From contig MCFH01000039.1 of the NCBI GenBank assembly GCA_002104945.1, forward strand, positions 124,001 through 188,000: a stretch of 64,000 nucleotides of DNA. Direction: 5' to 3'. Positions 41,328 to 53,383 of the stretch are shown piece by piece. A program made the position numbers and the translations under genes. The notes beneath the pieces were generated by a model. It had not been told where the DNA came from and made no database searches. It saw only the letters and a program-made list of their open reading frames with translations. This DNA is from Piromyces finnis finn (lineage: Eukaryota; Fungi; Neocallimastigomycota). The number at the start of each line of letters is the position of its first letter. Position 1 is the stretch's first letter.

Positions 41328-43689
41328 GTTAATTATTATAATTTCAAGTTTATTTTAATATATTAACTGATAATTATATCTATCTATCTATTTTCCCCAA
41401 CATTTTTAATAGTATACCTTGGCACAATACTCAAAAATTTTAGCACCACATTTATATCAAATGATTTTAACTAATTTAGTTAAAATAAAACATTATCCAA
41501 AAATGATTTTAGATTGTAAATTTAATCCAAAATTTGCTGTTCGTGGTATTCATTAGTAAGTATATATACAATGAAATAATCTTATTTTTCTGTTTAATTT
41601 ATTTCCTTTTTTTTCTTTTCTTTTCTTTAATATATAAATGATATCACTAACATTATAATATTTTAATTTTTTTTTTTGATTATTAATTATTACTATTATT
41701 GTGATTATCGTTGTTACTGTTGTCGTCATCATTGTTGTGATATAGTGATTTTAATGCTTGCCTATTCTTTAAACTTAGTTCAACCTTTCAAATTGATCGT
41801 ACTTCCATTCATAGAGGAAATAAAATTTTAAGTGAAAAGGAGGTTCGTGACTATTTCAATAATTATCATCATGGTAGTTCCCATGTCACCCAAAAATATT
41901 TAAATGATAATACTTATCATTTAGTTGATCTTTTTTCCATACCTGAACTTTGTGCTATTTCAGATATTATTCAAATCTTTTTTGATAATAATATAAAATT
42001 TAATTCCAAAGTTATTTATAAAGATATTAGGTAATTTTTAATTTTTAAAACTATTAAAAATACTTGATGAAAAATACTATTTTTATAAAGAAGAAAAAAA
42101 AAATTAATTTATATATATTTCATATTTCATGCTTTATTTATAAAATATATCATTTATATGAATATAACTATATGTATATGTATATATATTTCATGCTTTA
42201 TTTATAAAACATATCATTTATATGGATATAACTATATATAGAGCTGTAACTTCTGGATTACATCAATCTGGTGAATTACATAAAAGAATTACCGATAATA
42301 TTGATACTTACTTAGAAAAGAATCCAATATTATTTAACTACTTAAAAAAATTAAAAAAAAATAACAAGAAATTATTCTTATTAACAAATAGTCCTTACCC
42401 TTTCATGTAAGTAATATAAAAATGGAATTTCATTAATATTTCATCAAATAAATAGAATTATTTTATATATATATATAGAATAAATGAATTCTATTAATCC
42501 TTTTTTATCTATATATTTTTTTATTTCATTTATTTATCAATAGTAATAAAGGTTTAAATTATATCTTCCAAACTAAAAAATCAGAAGATTGGCGTAAATT
42601 ATTTGATGCCATTATTGTAAGTATACCATTAATGAATGATATTTTTTTTTTTATTATAACTTTTGATACTTTTTAAATTCAATTTTTTTTTCTTCTTTTT
42701 CTTCATGTTAATATATACCATTTAATTATTTTCATAATACTAAATATATATTTTTTACTATATATAACCAAAAAAAAAAAGGTTCAATCATCAAAACCAA
42801 GTTGGTATAATTCTAATGAACCTTTCCAAAAGTATAGGTTAGAAAAAGACAAAGATGGAGATGAATATTGTGTTCCAGTATTTGAAGAAGTAAACTATTA
42901 AAAAAATTTAAAGTCAAATTATAAATTATTTATTTTTAACTTTTTCTTTTTTCTTCATTTTAATAATAATGATAATAATAATAAAAAAAAAAAAAAAAAG
43001 ATTAAATCGATTGAACCCGGTGTTGTATATAGTGGAGGAAATCTTAAAGATTTTGCTAGATTAACGGGATGGCAAATGAATAAAAATGTTTTATATTTTG
43101 GTGATCATTTATATTCAGATTTAGCCAAACCAACAGAAGAATATGGATGGAAGACCGTAAGTGATGTTTTTTTTTTTTTTTTTTATATCTATCTATATAA
43201 TGTGTATATATATACCCGACTTTCTTTTTAATATTATACCTATTAAATAAATTGAATTTTTTTTTTTTTTTTATTTTTATCTGATAAATAATAAATCATT
43301 AGGGTGCTATTATAAGAGAATTAACTAGTGAAATTGGTGTTCATAATAATATTGATTATCATTGTAAATTAAAATGGGCTTTTCTTATTGAAGAATTAGT
43401 TCGTTTAGCTCAACGTCTCAATAGAATTGGTTGTCTTGATGATAAAATTAAAAAATGGAAAGAGGAGCGTACAGAAGCACGTTATCAACTTAGTATTCTT
43501 TTTAACAAAGAATTTGGTTCCATATTTAAAGTACATTATTCTTCTACTTTCTTTGGTCAAAAAATTAAAAAATATGCTGATTTATATACAAGTCGTTTAG
43601 AAAATTTTGAACCTTACGCTTTAGATTATGTATTTAATCCTATTTGGTATTATTTACCAAATGAAATTCAAAGTGCTCTTTTCCCATAA
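40270..43689 (+). CDS. HAD-family 5'-nucleotidase domain protein (NT5DC type), multi-exon, with a presequence-like N-terminus; start codon uncertain
   Basis: IDIYGFDYD/YTLAQYS (motif I), KKLFLLTNSPYPF, YSGGNL, VLYFGDHLYSDL, GWKTGAII; stop at 43687-43689. Confidence 0.88.
42121..42240 (+). repeat. 64-bp tandem duplication of the intron 3' end in the nucleotidase gene
   Basis: TATTTCATGCTTTATTTATAAAA..ATAACTATAT at 42123 and 42187; only the second copy ends in AG. Confidence 0.85.
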
Positions 43690-43831
43690 TCAACTTTTTT
43701 TTTTTTTTTATTTAAACTTTTTAATAAAAATCTTTACCAACTTTACCCTATAGGACTCTTTTATTTTTCCTATTAATTCACGATTATAAATCTTTTTTTT
43801 TTTTTTTCCCTTATTTTTCATTAAAACTTGA

Positions 43832-43866
<35 letters not shown>

Positions 43867-44320
43867 CAAATAAAAATTTAATTACGCCTAGTCATACTTT
43901 ACAAAAATCATTACTACTACTTACTACCATAAAAAAAAAAAAATTAATTATAAAAATAATAATAGAAACCTTTAATATTAGCTAAGAAAAAAAAAAAAAA
44001 AAAAAAAAAAAGTAATAAGAATTATAAAAAAGTTTTTTTTTTAAAAGATAAATCTTTAAAAATAATCTTTTAATCCTTTTATAATTATTATTATGAAATG
44101 AAAAATATTTTGAATAATAACATGTTCATACTGAAATGATTTTAAAAATTTCTTGTACAAAGAATAAATATTATAATCATGATTTAATAAAACAAAATAA
44201 TACAATACACAAAATAGAATTATTTCTTTTGTTGCTGTTGTTGTTGTTGTTGAAAAAAGTGTGTCAAGTTGTTATCTAAAAAGAGATGAATTATAATTGT
44301 TATTGTTAAATAAGTAATTA

Positions 44321-44359
<39 letters not shown>

Positions 44360-44769
44360 TTTTCTTCCTTTTTTTTTTCGTATATATAGAATTTTTTTTA
44401 AAAAAAGAAAAAGAAAAAATAATAATAAAATTATTAAAATAAAGGCATATATCAGTAAGATAAAAAAAGAAAATGTAAAAGGAAAAAAAAAAATATTCAT
44501 TATTGAAAATTATTGAATATTAAAAAATAAATTTATAAAGTATATGCAGTGTTCAAGGAGGAAAAAAAAAATAAAATTATTTAAATAATTATCAAGTAAA
44601 GATTATTGTATACTGATTATGGATATAATATAACAATATACATTTTATATTATTTGATAATTTTTTTTTTTTTTATTTTTCTTCCTTCCTCCTTTTTTCT
44701 TAATTATTTAATTGAGTGTTTATATTATATAAATAGATGAATAAAATATTTGCTTTGCTTTTATTATGT

Positions 44770-46425
44770 TTAGAAATGACGTCTTCCACGACCACGACCA
44801 CGACCACCACGGCCTCCACGAATATTTCTTGCTATTTATTTTTATATATATAAAATATTGATAAAAATAAACATTAATATATATTATTATTTTAAACTAT
44901 CCATTAAAATATGTAAAAATAAAAGAAATAAAAAAAAATTATTTTTTTCCTTTAAATCTTACTTTTTGGATCCTTCTTTGATTTTGATTTTGGGGTATCA
45001 TCAATTAATAAAGTATCTAATGGTAAGTTTTCTGGAAGAATAAAGTATCTGATATTATTACCACGAACACATAAAGTATCTAATGAAACTGGGTCTCTGT
45101 TCTTAACAGTCATTTTAACAGTTTTTAAGTGGGTATTCATAGCCATATCGACACCTTTTTTTTTTTTATTTATTTTCAATAATTTAATATATTATGGGAT
45201 TTTTTTCGAAAAATGTAATGAAAAAAAAAATAAATATAAATAAATAAAAGAGTCTAGGCATTAAACATATTTATACTATTATATAATAATATTATAGTTA
45301 TTTTATCTTTTCTTTTTTTTTAAAAAAAAAAAATAAAAACTTACCAACAACAGTTCCATTAACAACTGTACCATTTTTAAGTTCTATGGTAACAGTTTGA
45401 TTTTTTTTACTTAATTTCATAAGAAATCTATTCAATTTTTGAAAATAATAAATATATATATATAAATATATTCCAGTTATTATTTTTGTCATTTAAATTT
45501 CATTATTTCTAAAAAAAAAATATAAAAACAACAAAGTAAATCCAAGGTTATTTCACAAAAGATGAAAAATGATTCTAAAATTAATCAGTTTAATGATATT
45601 TAGTTTTTAAAAAATATCCAAATTTGAAGTATATTTACTATTATTATTAATAATATTTTTGCTAAACCATTTTTGTACACCGTTTGTGTATGCTATTTAT
45701 TTTAATAAAAGTGTTTAGTAATTAAAAAAAAAAGTAAATAGTAATACTAATAAATAAAATCATTTCATCCCATTTTATCAATTTTATTATTTTCATGTGT
45801 ATTGGGTTTCAATTTTATCAATTCTAGAATAAAAAACGATCCAAAAAAAAAAAAAAAGGTTTAATTTTATTTGATAAAAGTTTTGGATTTTCAATGTGAA
45901 TTTTTTTTTAAATCTTTTACTATTGGTGATCAGTTTTTTTATTTCTGTTTACTTTTAATCATTTGAAAAAATAAAAAATTATAAAGATAATAATAATTTC
46001 ATCTTTTACTAATTAGAGTTTTTCATATATATATATATTTTTTAAAAACAAACATTTGATAGTGTATGGATAACTATTAATTCCAAATTCTGAGTATCTT
46101 GATTATTCCACTTTATAATAAATATATATAATTTATTTATTTATTTTTTTTTCATCTTGTGATTTTGTGTTTTTTTTTTTTTTTTTTTTTTTTTTTTGAA
46201 AAAAATATAACCAAGGATGAATTGTTAATTATTTTTAATACTATTGATTTGAAAATGATGAAAGTAAAATTTAAATAAAATTATATTTAAAATAATAATA
46301 AAAAGGCATAATTAAAAGTGCTCTTTTTTTTTAATTTCTTTTATCACTTTAATAAACAAATTATTGCTTTTTTTTTTTTTAAGAAAAAAAAAAAAGATTT
46401 CATCTTTCTACCTTACGAGCTTCAT
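44770..46425 (-). CDS. SMD1: Small nuclear ribonucleoprotein Sm D1, 4 exons
   Basis: 14-nt exon 1 at 46412-46425 (ATGAAGCTCGTAAG|GT), then [47 protein letters not shown] and an RG-rich tail ending HF*. Confidence 0.95.
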
Positions 46426-47102
46426 CTTGGAATTTTGTTAATTATCAAAAAAAAAAAAATAAATTATTATAAAAAAAAATTTTTTTTTCTAAACTAAAAT
46501 ATTACATAATAATTTTTTTTAATTAAATTTTTGATACTAAAAAAAAGCAGAAAAAAAATATTTTCAATTACATTTTAATACATCCATACTACGTTATACG
46601 TTAATCTATTACATTATTTGTAATAAAAATTTATGAATTAATTTATAAAAATATGTAAATAAATGATCATCATGTGGATTGATTAAAGATTATAATTTAT
46701 TCATTTTTTATTTATTTATTTATTTTTTTTTTTTTAATTTATACGTTACCAATTTAAAAGGAAAGAAGAAAAAGGTAAAAAATAATATTTGAAAGAGGGA
46801 TAAATTTTTATTATTATTAAGTAAAAGTTTAAATAGCAGTGACCTTTTACAAATGAATAGTGAGAGTCATGTTTTAATTCCTATTCTTTTATAGGATAAT
46901 TATACTTTTTTAAAAAAATAAACATAAATGGATTATATCTATTTGTAATTTATTTTAAAAAATGAAAAAATGTTTATCTGTAAAGATTATCCTTTTTTTG
47001 TTTTTTGTTTTTCTTACTCCAACATATATACTAATTATATAATTTTTGTTATATATAAATATTATTTTTGCATTATTTTATTAATTGAAAAAAAAAAAAA
47101 AG

Positions 47103-47280
47103 ATGGGTTTACTCAGTAATGACCAGGTAATTTTAGAAATTTAAAGAAATTGCCTTTAAAAATGAATAAAGAAAAAAGAAATATAATAAAATAAAATGGA
47201 ATTTAATACTTAACATTTAAATATTTATTCCAAAAACCAAATATATATATATTATCTATTAATAAAAATTCAATTAACAC

Positions 47281-47318
<38 letters not shown>

Positions 47319-48042
47319 AATTTTTGATTATCATCGAAAAAAATTCTTTTTTTTTTTATTTTCCATATACAAAAATAAAAATTTTTTGTCTATTTATAAC
47401 TCTAATAGTTCTTAACTCAATTAAACAATCAATTTGAAAAAACCAAAGAAAATGGAACTGTTTATGTCTCCATGAAAAGATGTAAATTTCATATTTCATA
47501 TATTCAAAATGACTATAGTATAAAGTGTATTGAAAATTTTTCATTTGATTAATACTTTATTAAATTTCTATTGAATTCATTTTAACCTGGTAATAATAGA
47601 CAAGTGGGATCACAAGGAATTACGTAAGAAGAACGCCGATCCATCTTTAATTAAGGAAGATGAACAATTTCAATGTCTTTTCAGAGCTGTTCAAAACAAG
47701 AAAAAGATTAGTACTTTAGTAAGATATCACTAAGATACTGCCTATTTTTTTTAAAAATATATATTTTACTATGACAATTTTAAAAAATGATTTCAACATT
47801 TAGTTTTTAAATAATTTCTTTTTTTTTTTTTTTTTTTACAAAATTTTCAAATCACTAAATAAATCACTAAATCATTTAATATATATATGTATATATTTTT
47901 TTTAAAAAAAAAAAAAAAAAAGATTAATGAAGCCAATTGTGAAAAATTTATTGATGCCTATTCAAATTTATTAGCTTTACACCTTGACTCTTTAAAGAAG
48001 AAGAAGAAGGGAGGAATTAAGAAAAAGAATAACAAGGCTTAA
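47103..48042 (+). CDS. SRP14: Signal recognition particle 14-kDa subunit, 4 exons
   Basis: MGLLSNDQ/FLTQLNNQFEKTKENGTVYVSMKR/..CLFRAVQNKKKISTL/..AYSNLLALHLDSLKKKKK..KA*. Confidence 0.92.
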
Positions 48043-48302
48043 ATAAAATCATACCTATAAAAATTTCAGTATTATCTTGAAATGATATAAAAAAAATTGA
48101 AGTAATAAGGAGAAATGAATTAGAAAGAAAAAAAAAACCATCATCATTTAATATTATTCAATACTTTTAGATTTATTTTATATATATATATATAATCTTT
48201 TTTTAATATTTAAAATTATTTTATATAATAAACCATAACAATAAATAATCGCATCTAAAACTTTTTCATAAAGTATTTTTTCCCCCAATGTATCGCATAA
48301 CG

Positions 48303-48346
<44 letters not shown>

Positions 48347-48984
48347 TTACAAAAAAAAAAAAGTAATAGGCAACAGTTCATTAAACTTTTTTTTTAAACC
48401 TATAATTTATTAGTAGTTGCAGTAGTAGTCGTAGTAACATTTATAAATATATTTATATGTTTTTGTTCATATAGACAAAATAATAGATAACAATAATTTC
48501 TATTAAAAAAAAATGTCTTTACTTTGTTAAATTGAGATGCTAAGCGTAGTAAAAAAAAAAAAAAGTTTTTTTTTTCTCTCTTTTTTCTTTTCTTTTTGAT
48601 GAACATTCATATTCACTCTTTCTTTCTTTCTTCTACTTAAAGTTTATTTTGTATCAAAAATTCTTTGTGGGTGGTTACGTAGTTTCATGGTTGTTTTTTT
48701 CCAATTAAAAAAAAAATTATTATTAGAGAACTTAAACATTGCTTCTTTTTTTTTTTTTTACAAAGAAACTATAAAGTTAAGAAAAAAGAATTTTATTGAT
48801 ATTACCATTAAATGATTATTTTACCCTTTTGTGACAACATTTTATTATACCTTTTATATATTCATACGGACCCTTTTTTAATTAATATTTTAAATCTTGA
48901 TTTTATACTTGAATATGTATTAAATTATTTATTTCTTCTATATATTTAAGTATAATCATAAAAACGAAATAAAGAAAATACAAA

Positions 48985-49082
48985 AAGGTAATAATTACAA
49001 TCTTTTCTTTAACTTCCGAGTACATTTTTCCCATCAATCGGAGTTAGCTCCAATGGAAGGTAATAATTACAATCTTTTCTTT
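48985..49082 (-). mobile_element. 46-nt 5'-truncated copy of the 52.7-kb element's 3' end (49011-49056) inside a perfect 26-bp target-site duplication
   Basis: AAGGTAATAATTACAATCTTTTCTTT at 48985-49010 and 49057-49082; the reverse complement of the insert matches 53158-53203 at 43/46. Confidence 0.85.
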
Positions 49083-50114
49083 TTTTTATATATTTAAAAA
49101 AGGGTTCTATCTTTAACCTTTTCATTGCCTTTCTTCAGCAATTTATGTTCAATATATTAACATTATATTGTAATATATTATAATTAAATTAAATTTAATT
49201 TTTTAAAATAAAATAAAATAGAATAAAATTTAATTTTTTTTTTTTTTTTACTAAAAAAAATAAAGTAAAAAAATAAAACGAAATCAGGCAATTCTCTTCT
49301 TTTTTTTTTTTTATTATTATATTGTTAGAATAAAGACAATAACAAGGAAAAAAGGAAAACAAACAAAAAAAAAAAAACTTAAAAACGAGAACAAAACAAA
49401 AACGAAAAACAAGAATAAATCAATAAAAACGGAAAAAAAATTTTAAACATTTTTTTATAACATTTTATTTATTCCATTGTAAGTAAAAAAAAAAAAAGTT
49501 ATCAACAATAACAAGTATAACAAGTACATAAACAAAAATAAAATTCATTTTATTCGAAAGAGTAAATCCTTTGATTGTCGATATCACTCTTTAAAAAATA
49601 AAAGAATATATATATATATATTTTTCCAAAAAAAAAAAAAAAAAAGTAATTAACAAAAAAAATAAAGAATGGCTTTACCATAGTAATAGAAATTTCAATT
49701 TGAAATAAAAAAAAAATTGAATTTTTTTTTTTTTTTTTTATAATTAATAATAATAGTAGTAAAACTCTTTTGTTATTAGTAGTAATAGTAATAGTAGTCG
49801 TAGTATCATTATTATTTCATTTTTCTATCTTTACCTATTAATTGATAAACTGAAGAATGGGATATTAGTCTATCGATAATAAAAATTTTATTAATATATA
49901 TTTATATATTTTTACATTTTTATATATTTTATAATTTTAAAAATTTAGATTTATTTTTAAAAGGACAATATACACTTTACGCTTTAGGGATAATAATTAC
50001 CTATCATATAATTTATTAGAAAACAATCGTTTAAGAAAAAGAAAATATTTTTTTATTATTATTATAGACAATACGCCACTTTTTTTGAATAATATAATAA
50101 ATTAAAAAGTTACA

Positions 50115-51609
50115 ATGGTTGAAATTATAAATGGTTATGTATACCCATTCCGTGGTATTTTTTATTTATTAAAAAAGCAACAACTTAGAAAGAACTCACT
50201 TCTTCCTATAATTTTTTCTCTTATTATTGATCTTGTTGTTTTAATTTTAATTTTCAAATTTGCCTACACCCCTCAATACGATTTAATAAATGACCATATT
50301 TTAACCTTTTTCTGGTCATGGCTTAATAAAGTCATTACTGTTATTATTGCTCTCATTGAAGTTTATATTATTGCAATGATAGTTATTGTATGTATTTTTT
50401 CTTTTTTCTTTTTACAAAAACATTACCCGAGATTATAAAATATATCGTATATAGAAAAGGGCCTTTTAAAAAATCCTTAAATAATTATTAATTTTTCCTA
50501 TTATTTTTAAAATTCTTTGGTTAATAGAATATCTTTTTAGGTTACTTTTTCGAAAAGACATTTGATGAAGTAAGTTTTATAAAATTTTATTATTTGATTA
50601 TTTTTAAATATATTAAATATTTGATGCTATTATATTTTATTTTTATTAATATAAATCATCACATTTTTCTTGTAAAGGTTTTAGTATTAAAGGGTTGTCA
50701 TCATTTATTAGAACAAGATGATGGTAGTTGCATAAGATCTTTAAAGTAAGTAGAATATAAGATGAAAAAAAAAACCTTTTTTTTTTCAAATATTACAAAA
50801 CAATTTAAAAGATAAAAAGGAATAATAAAATAAATATTTCATATATTATATATGTATAATTAATATTTATAAAATAAAGACGTTCTTTCCGTTTATTCCA
50901 ATTATTCAAGATTATTGTTGCCATTATTACTCTTCCAATGAATTTCATTCCAACTATTGGAAGTATAGGTTACTATTTCTGTAATGGTATCATACAAGGA
51001 TGGGATCAACAAGGTACTTTTTTTTTTTTTTTTTTTTTTTGAATTTATCATGCTCTTCATTTTTATTTATTTATTTAGGATGATATCGATAAAATAGTTA
51101 AATGCAAATTAAAAATAATCTAACTATTATTTTTATTTATATTATAATGATGATATATTACTTTTAATAATCCTTTTTTTTTTTTTTATTTTTCAACATC
51201 TATTTACACACACACACACACACACAAATACGCACTCACTTTCTCTATCTCTCTCACAATCTTTTTTTTTTTTCTATTAAAAGATCGTTACTTTGATTTA
51301 AAGAAAATTGATTCAACAGGTGAACAATGGCAATGGGTTAAGGATCATTTTAAGAATATGTGTACCTTTGGTATTGTCAGTTTCTTCTTGGAAAGTATTC
51401 CACTTATTGGTGTCTTTTTCAATATTACTAATGCTGTAGGTATTGCTTTATACGATTGCCATTTAGAAAAGAAGAATGGTGGTATTGATGATAAATTATC
51501 TGATATCAATGTTTCAGAAAATGAAGAAAATATCATTTCTCAACCCCAACCAACTCAAGAAATCAACACTAAAAATGTTAGAAATTACGGAACCAATTAC
51601 TTTGAATAA
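50115..51609 (+). CDS. EI24/CysZ-like (fungal Rrt8/Lds-like) multi-pass membrane protein, multi-exon
   Basis: GYVYPFRGIFYL N-terminus, TM segments, FEKTFDEVL, GWDQQDRYFDLK, FGIVSFFLESIPLIGVFFNITNAVGIALY. Confidence 0.75.
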
Positions 51610-52686
51610 ATATTAAAATAATTTATCTTTTTTTTTTTTTATATATATATATCACCAACAAAAAATTTAATGTATTATTACAATTCCATTCCGATTCAAT
51701 GATTCATGAAAAAGAAATGGAAGATATATATATATAAATCATTTATTTTTTGTTTATAGTTATTGATACATTTAAAATTTAAAAATAAAATAAAATAAAA
51801 TATATAGTAATCCATGAAAAAAAAAAAAGTCAATCTATGTCTTTTTTTTTATTATTATCAATATCCAAAGGATGGTATATTATTTTTAAGGTGTAGTAAA
51901 ATAAGATAAAAAATATTTTATATTTTATGCAAGTAATGTATACATAATGTAATAAATTTATGTAATGTATTAACTTGTAGAAAGTCGTTAATGATTAATG
52001 AATTAATCCCAAGATAGGATCTGTTATTATAAGAGATTGTGTCATAGGTATAATAGGTAGAAATAGAGTAGAAATTGTTAAGAAAAATAAGTTCAAGTAA
52101 ATAGAGAGAAAGAGTGTGAGCTTAACAACAAGCAATTAATAAAATCTTTATAAGAAAAAAACTTTTAAAGCATTTTTGTCATTTTGTAAGAAGTTACTTA
52201 TAAATAAATTATAAATAACTTCTACAAATTAATAATAATTAAATAATTAACTATTACTAATTTGAGAAAGAAAATGAAAACATTAATTTCGAGTTTATTA
52301 TATAAAAATACTAATAAACAAAAATATTAAATATTAACACTTAAATATAAAAGCACACGTTAGATAAACACTACTTTTAAATAATTAATACTTTATTTAT
52401 TAATAAATTTATATAATAATAACTCTTGATTTCTCAAAGAGAATCAAGATTATTCTTTTATAGTAACTTAATACATTATACATGGATTGGTTAAAATGAT
52501 ACAACTAAATTAATGTAATAAAACAATGTATTTAATCAATGTATTTAATCAATGTATTTAATTAATATATCAAATTATGTATTAAATAATGTATTAAATA
52601 ATAAATAATTATAAAATATTATAATAAATATTAAGAAAAATAGATAAATTATATAGAATTTATCTATGTTTCTTACACATTTTATT

Positions 52687-53213
52687 GTCGTTCCAGTTTT
52701 TATCCTGGTTGTTAAGGCGTTTCCTTAGCATAAGGCTTCTGGTTTGACTCCGCAGATGTCAGTGCTCGTGGATTTTCCCACTGAGTTTGCCACGGGTTGG
52801 GTTATAATATTCAGGTAAGTATTAATGCACTTTCTAATTTACTACTATGATATTAACACTTGTCTAGCCGGCCTGAGAGGGTCAAATGTACATGGTACAT
52901 TTTCAAATTAGAATTTATAAAGTGGTGATTTAGGCTATGCCAAAAACACACATTTAAGTGTAAACATTAGTGGGCGGTTGATGCATGATCATATTGACGA
53001 TAAGAGGCTTAGCATTGTAGTTGTGAAATATCGTACAACGGTATGCATCTAATGTACATGGATTAAGAGAGCGTCGAAGCTGAAGAAACAGTATGACAGA
53101 CCAGGAGGGTCACAACCACCTAGCAATAGGAATGAGCCAACGTTTCTCTAAGAACCACCATTGGAGCTAACTCCGATCGATGGGAGAAATGCACTCGGAA
53201 GTTAAAAAAAAAA
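52687..53213 (+). mobile_element. Candidate tRNA-derived SINE or Pol III structured RNA (~520 nt, A-tailed)
   Basis: GC-rich non-coding island. D-arm/A-box-like TATCCTGGTTGTTAAGGCG (52701-52719), B-box-like GGTTTGACTCC (52741-52751), many hairpins, a 3' stem-loop then A10, and a truncated 3'-end copy with TSD at 49.0 kb. Confidence 0.6.
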
Positions 53214-53383
53214 TTCTATCATTTTATTAGAATATTCTTTTTTATATTAAAAAAAATTTAATTTAAAATTTATAAAAGAGTTTTTTTTACAATAAAAACC
53301 CTTTTTTTTTTAAAAAAAAAAAAAAACTTTTATCAATTTAAAAAATAAAGAAATTAACAAAAAAAAAAAAAAAAAAAAAAAAA

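Noticed and set aside
48178-48700. Possible small spliced gene on the minus strand (ATG at ~48688, exon-like blocks)
   Set aside because: The ATG frame stops after 14 codons; no consistent spliced ORF or recognisable product.
52865-52882. TAGCCGGCCTGAGAGGGT, identical from memory to bacterial 16S rRNA helix 12
   Set aside because: Flanks do not convincingly continue as 16S; treated as a GNRA hairpin, though BLASTN should be run to exclude an rRNA-derived segment.
52848-52935. Twister ribozyme (UAACACU..GAGGGUC..AAGUGG)
   Set aside because: L4 consensus, the P4 3' strand and the T1/T2 pairings are missing.
53095-53180. SRP RNA helix 8 (CAGG..AGCA) or RNase MRP CR-V (CCAUUGGAGCUAA)
   Set aside because: No GNRA-capped helix 8 or Alu UGUNR context, and no CR-I GAAAGUC partner upstream.
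49011-53203. The two inverted 46-nt copies as terminal inverted repeats of a 4.2-kb transposon carrying the EI24-like gene
   Set aside because: The left copy has its own 26-bp TSD and the right copy is the tail of a longer element; no TSD flanks the pair.
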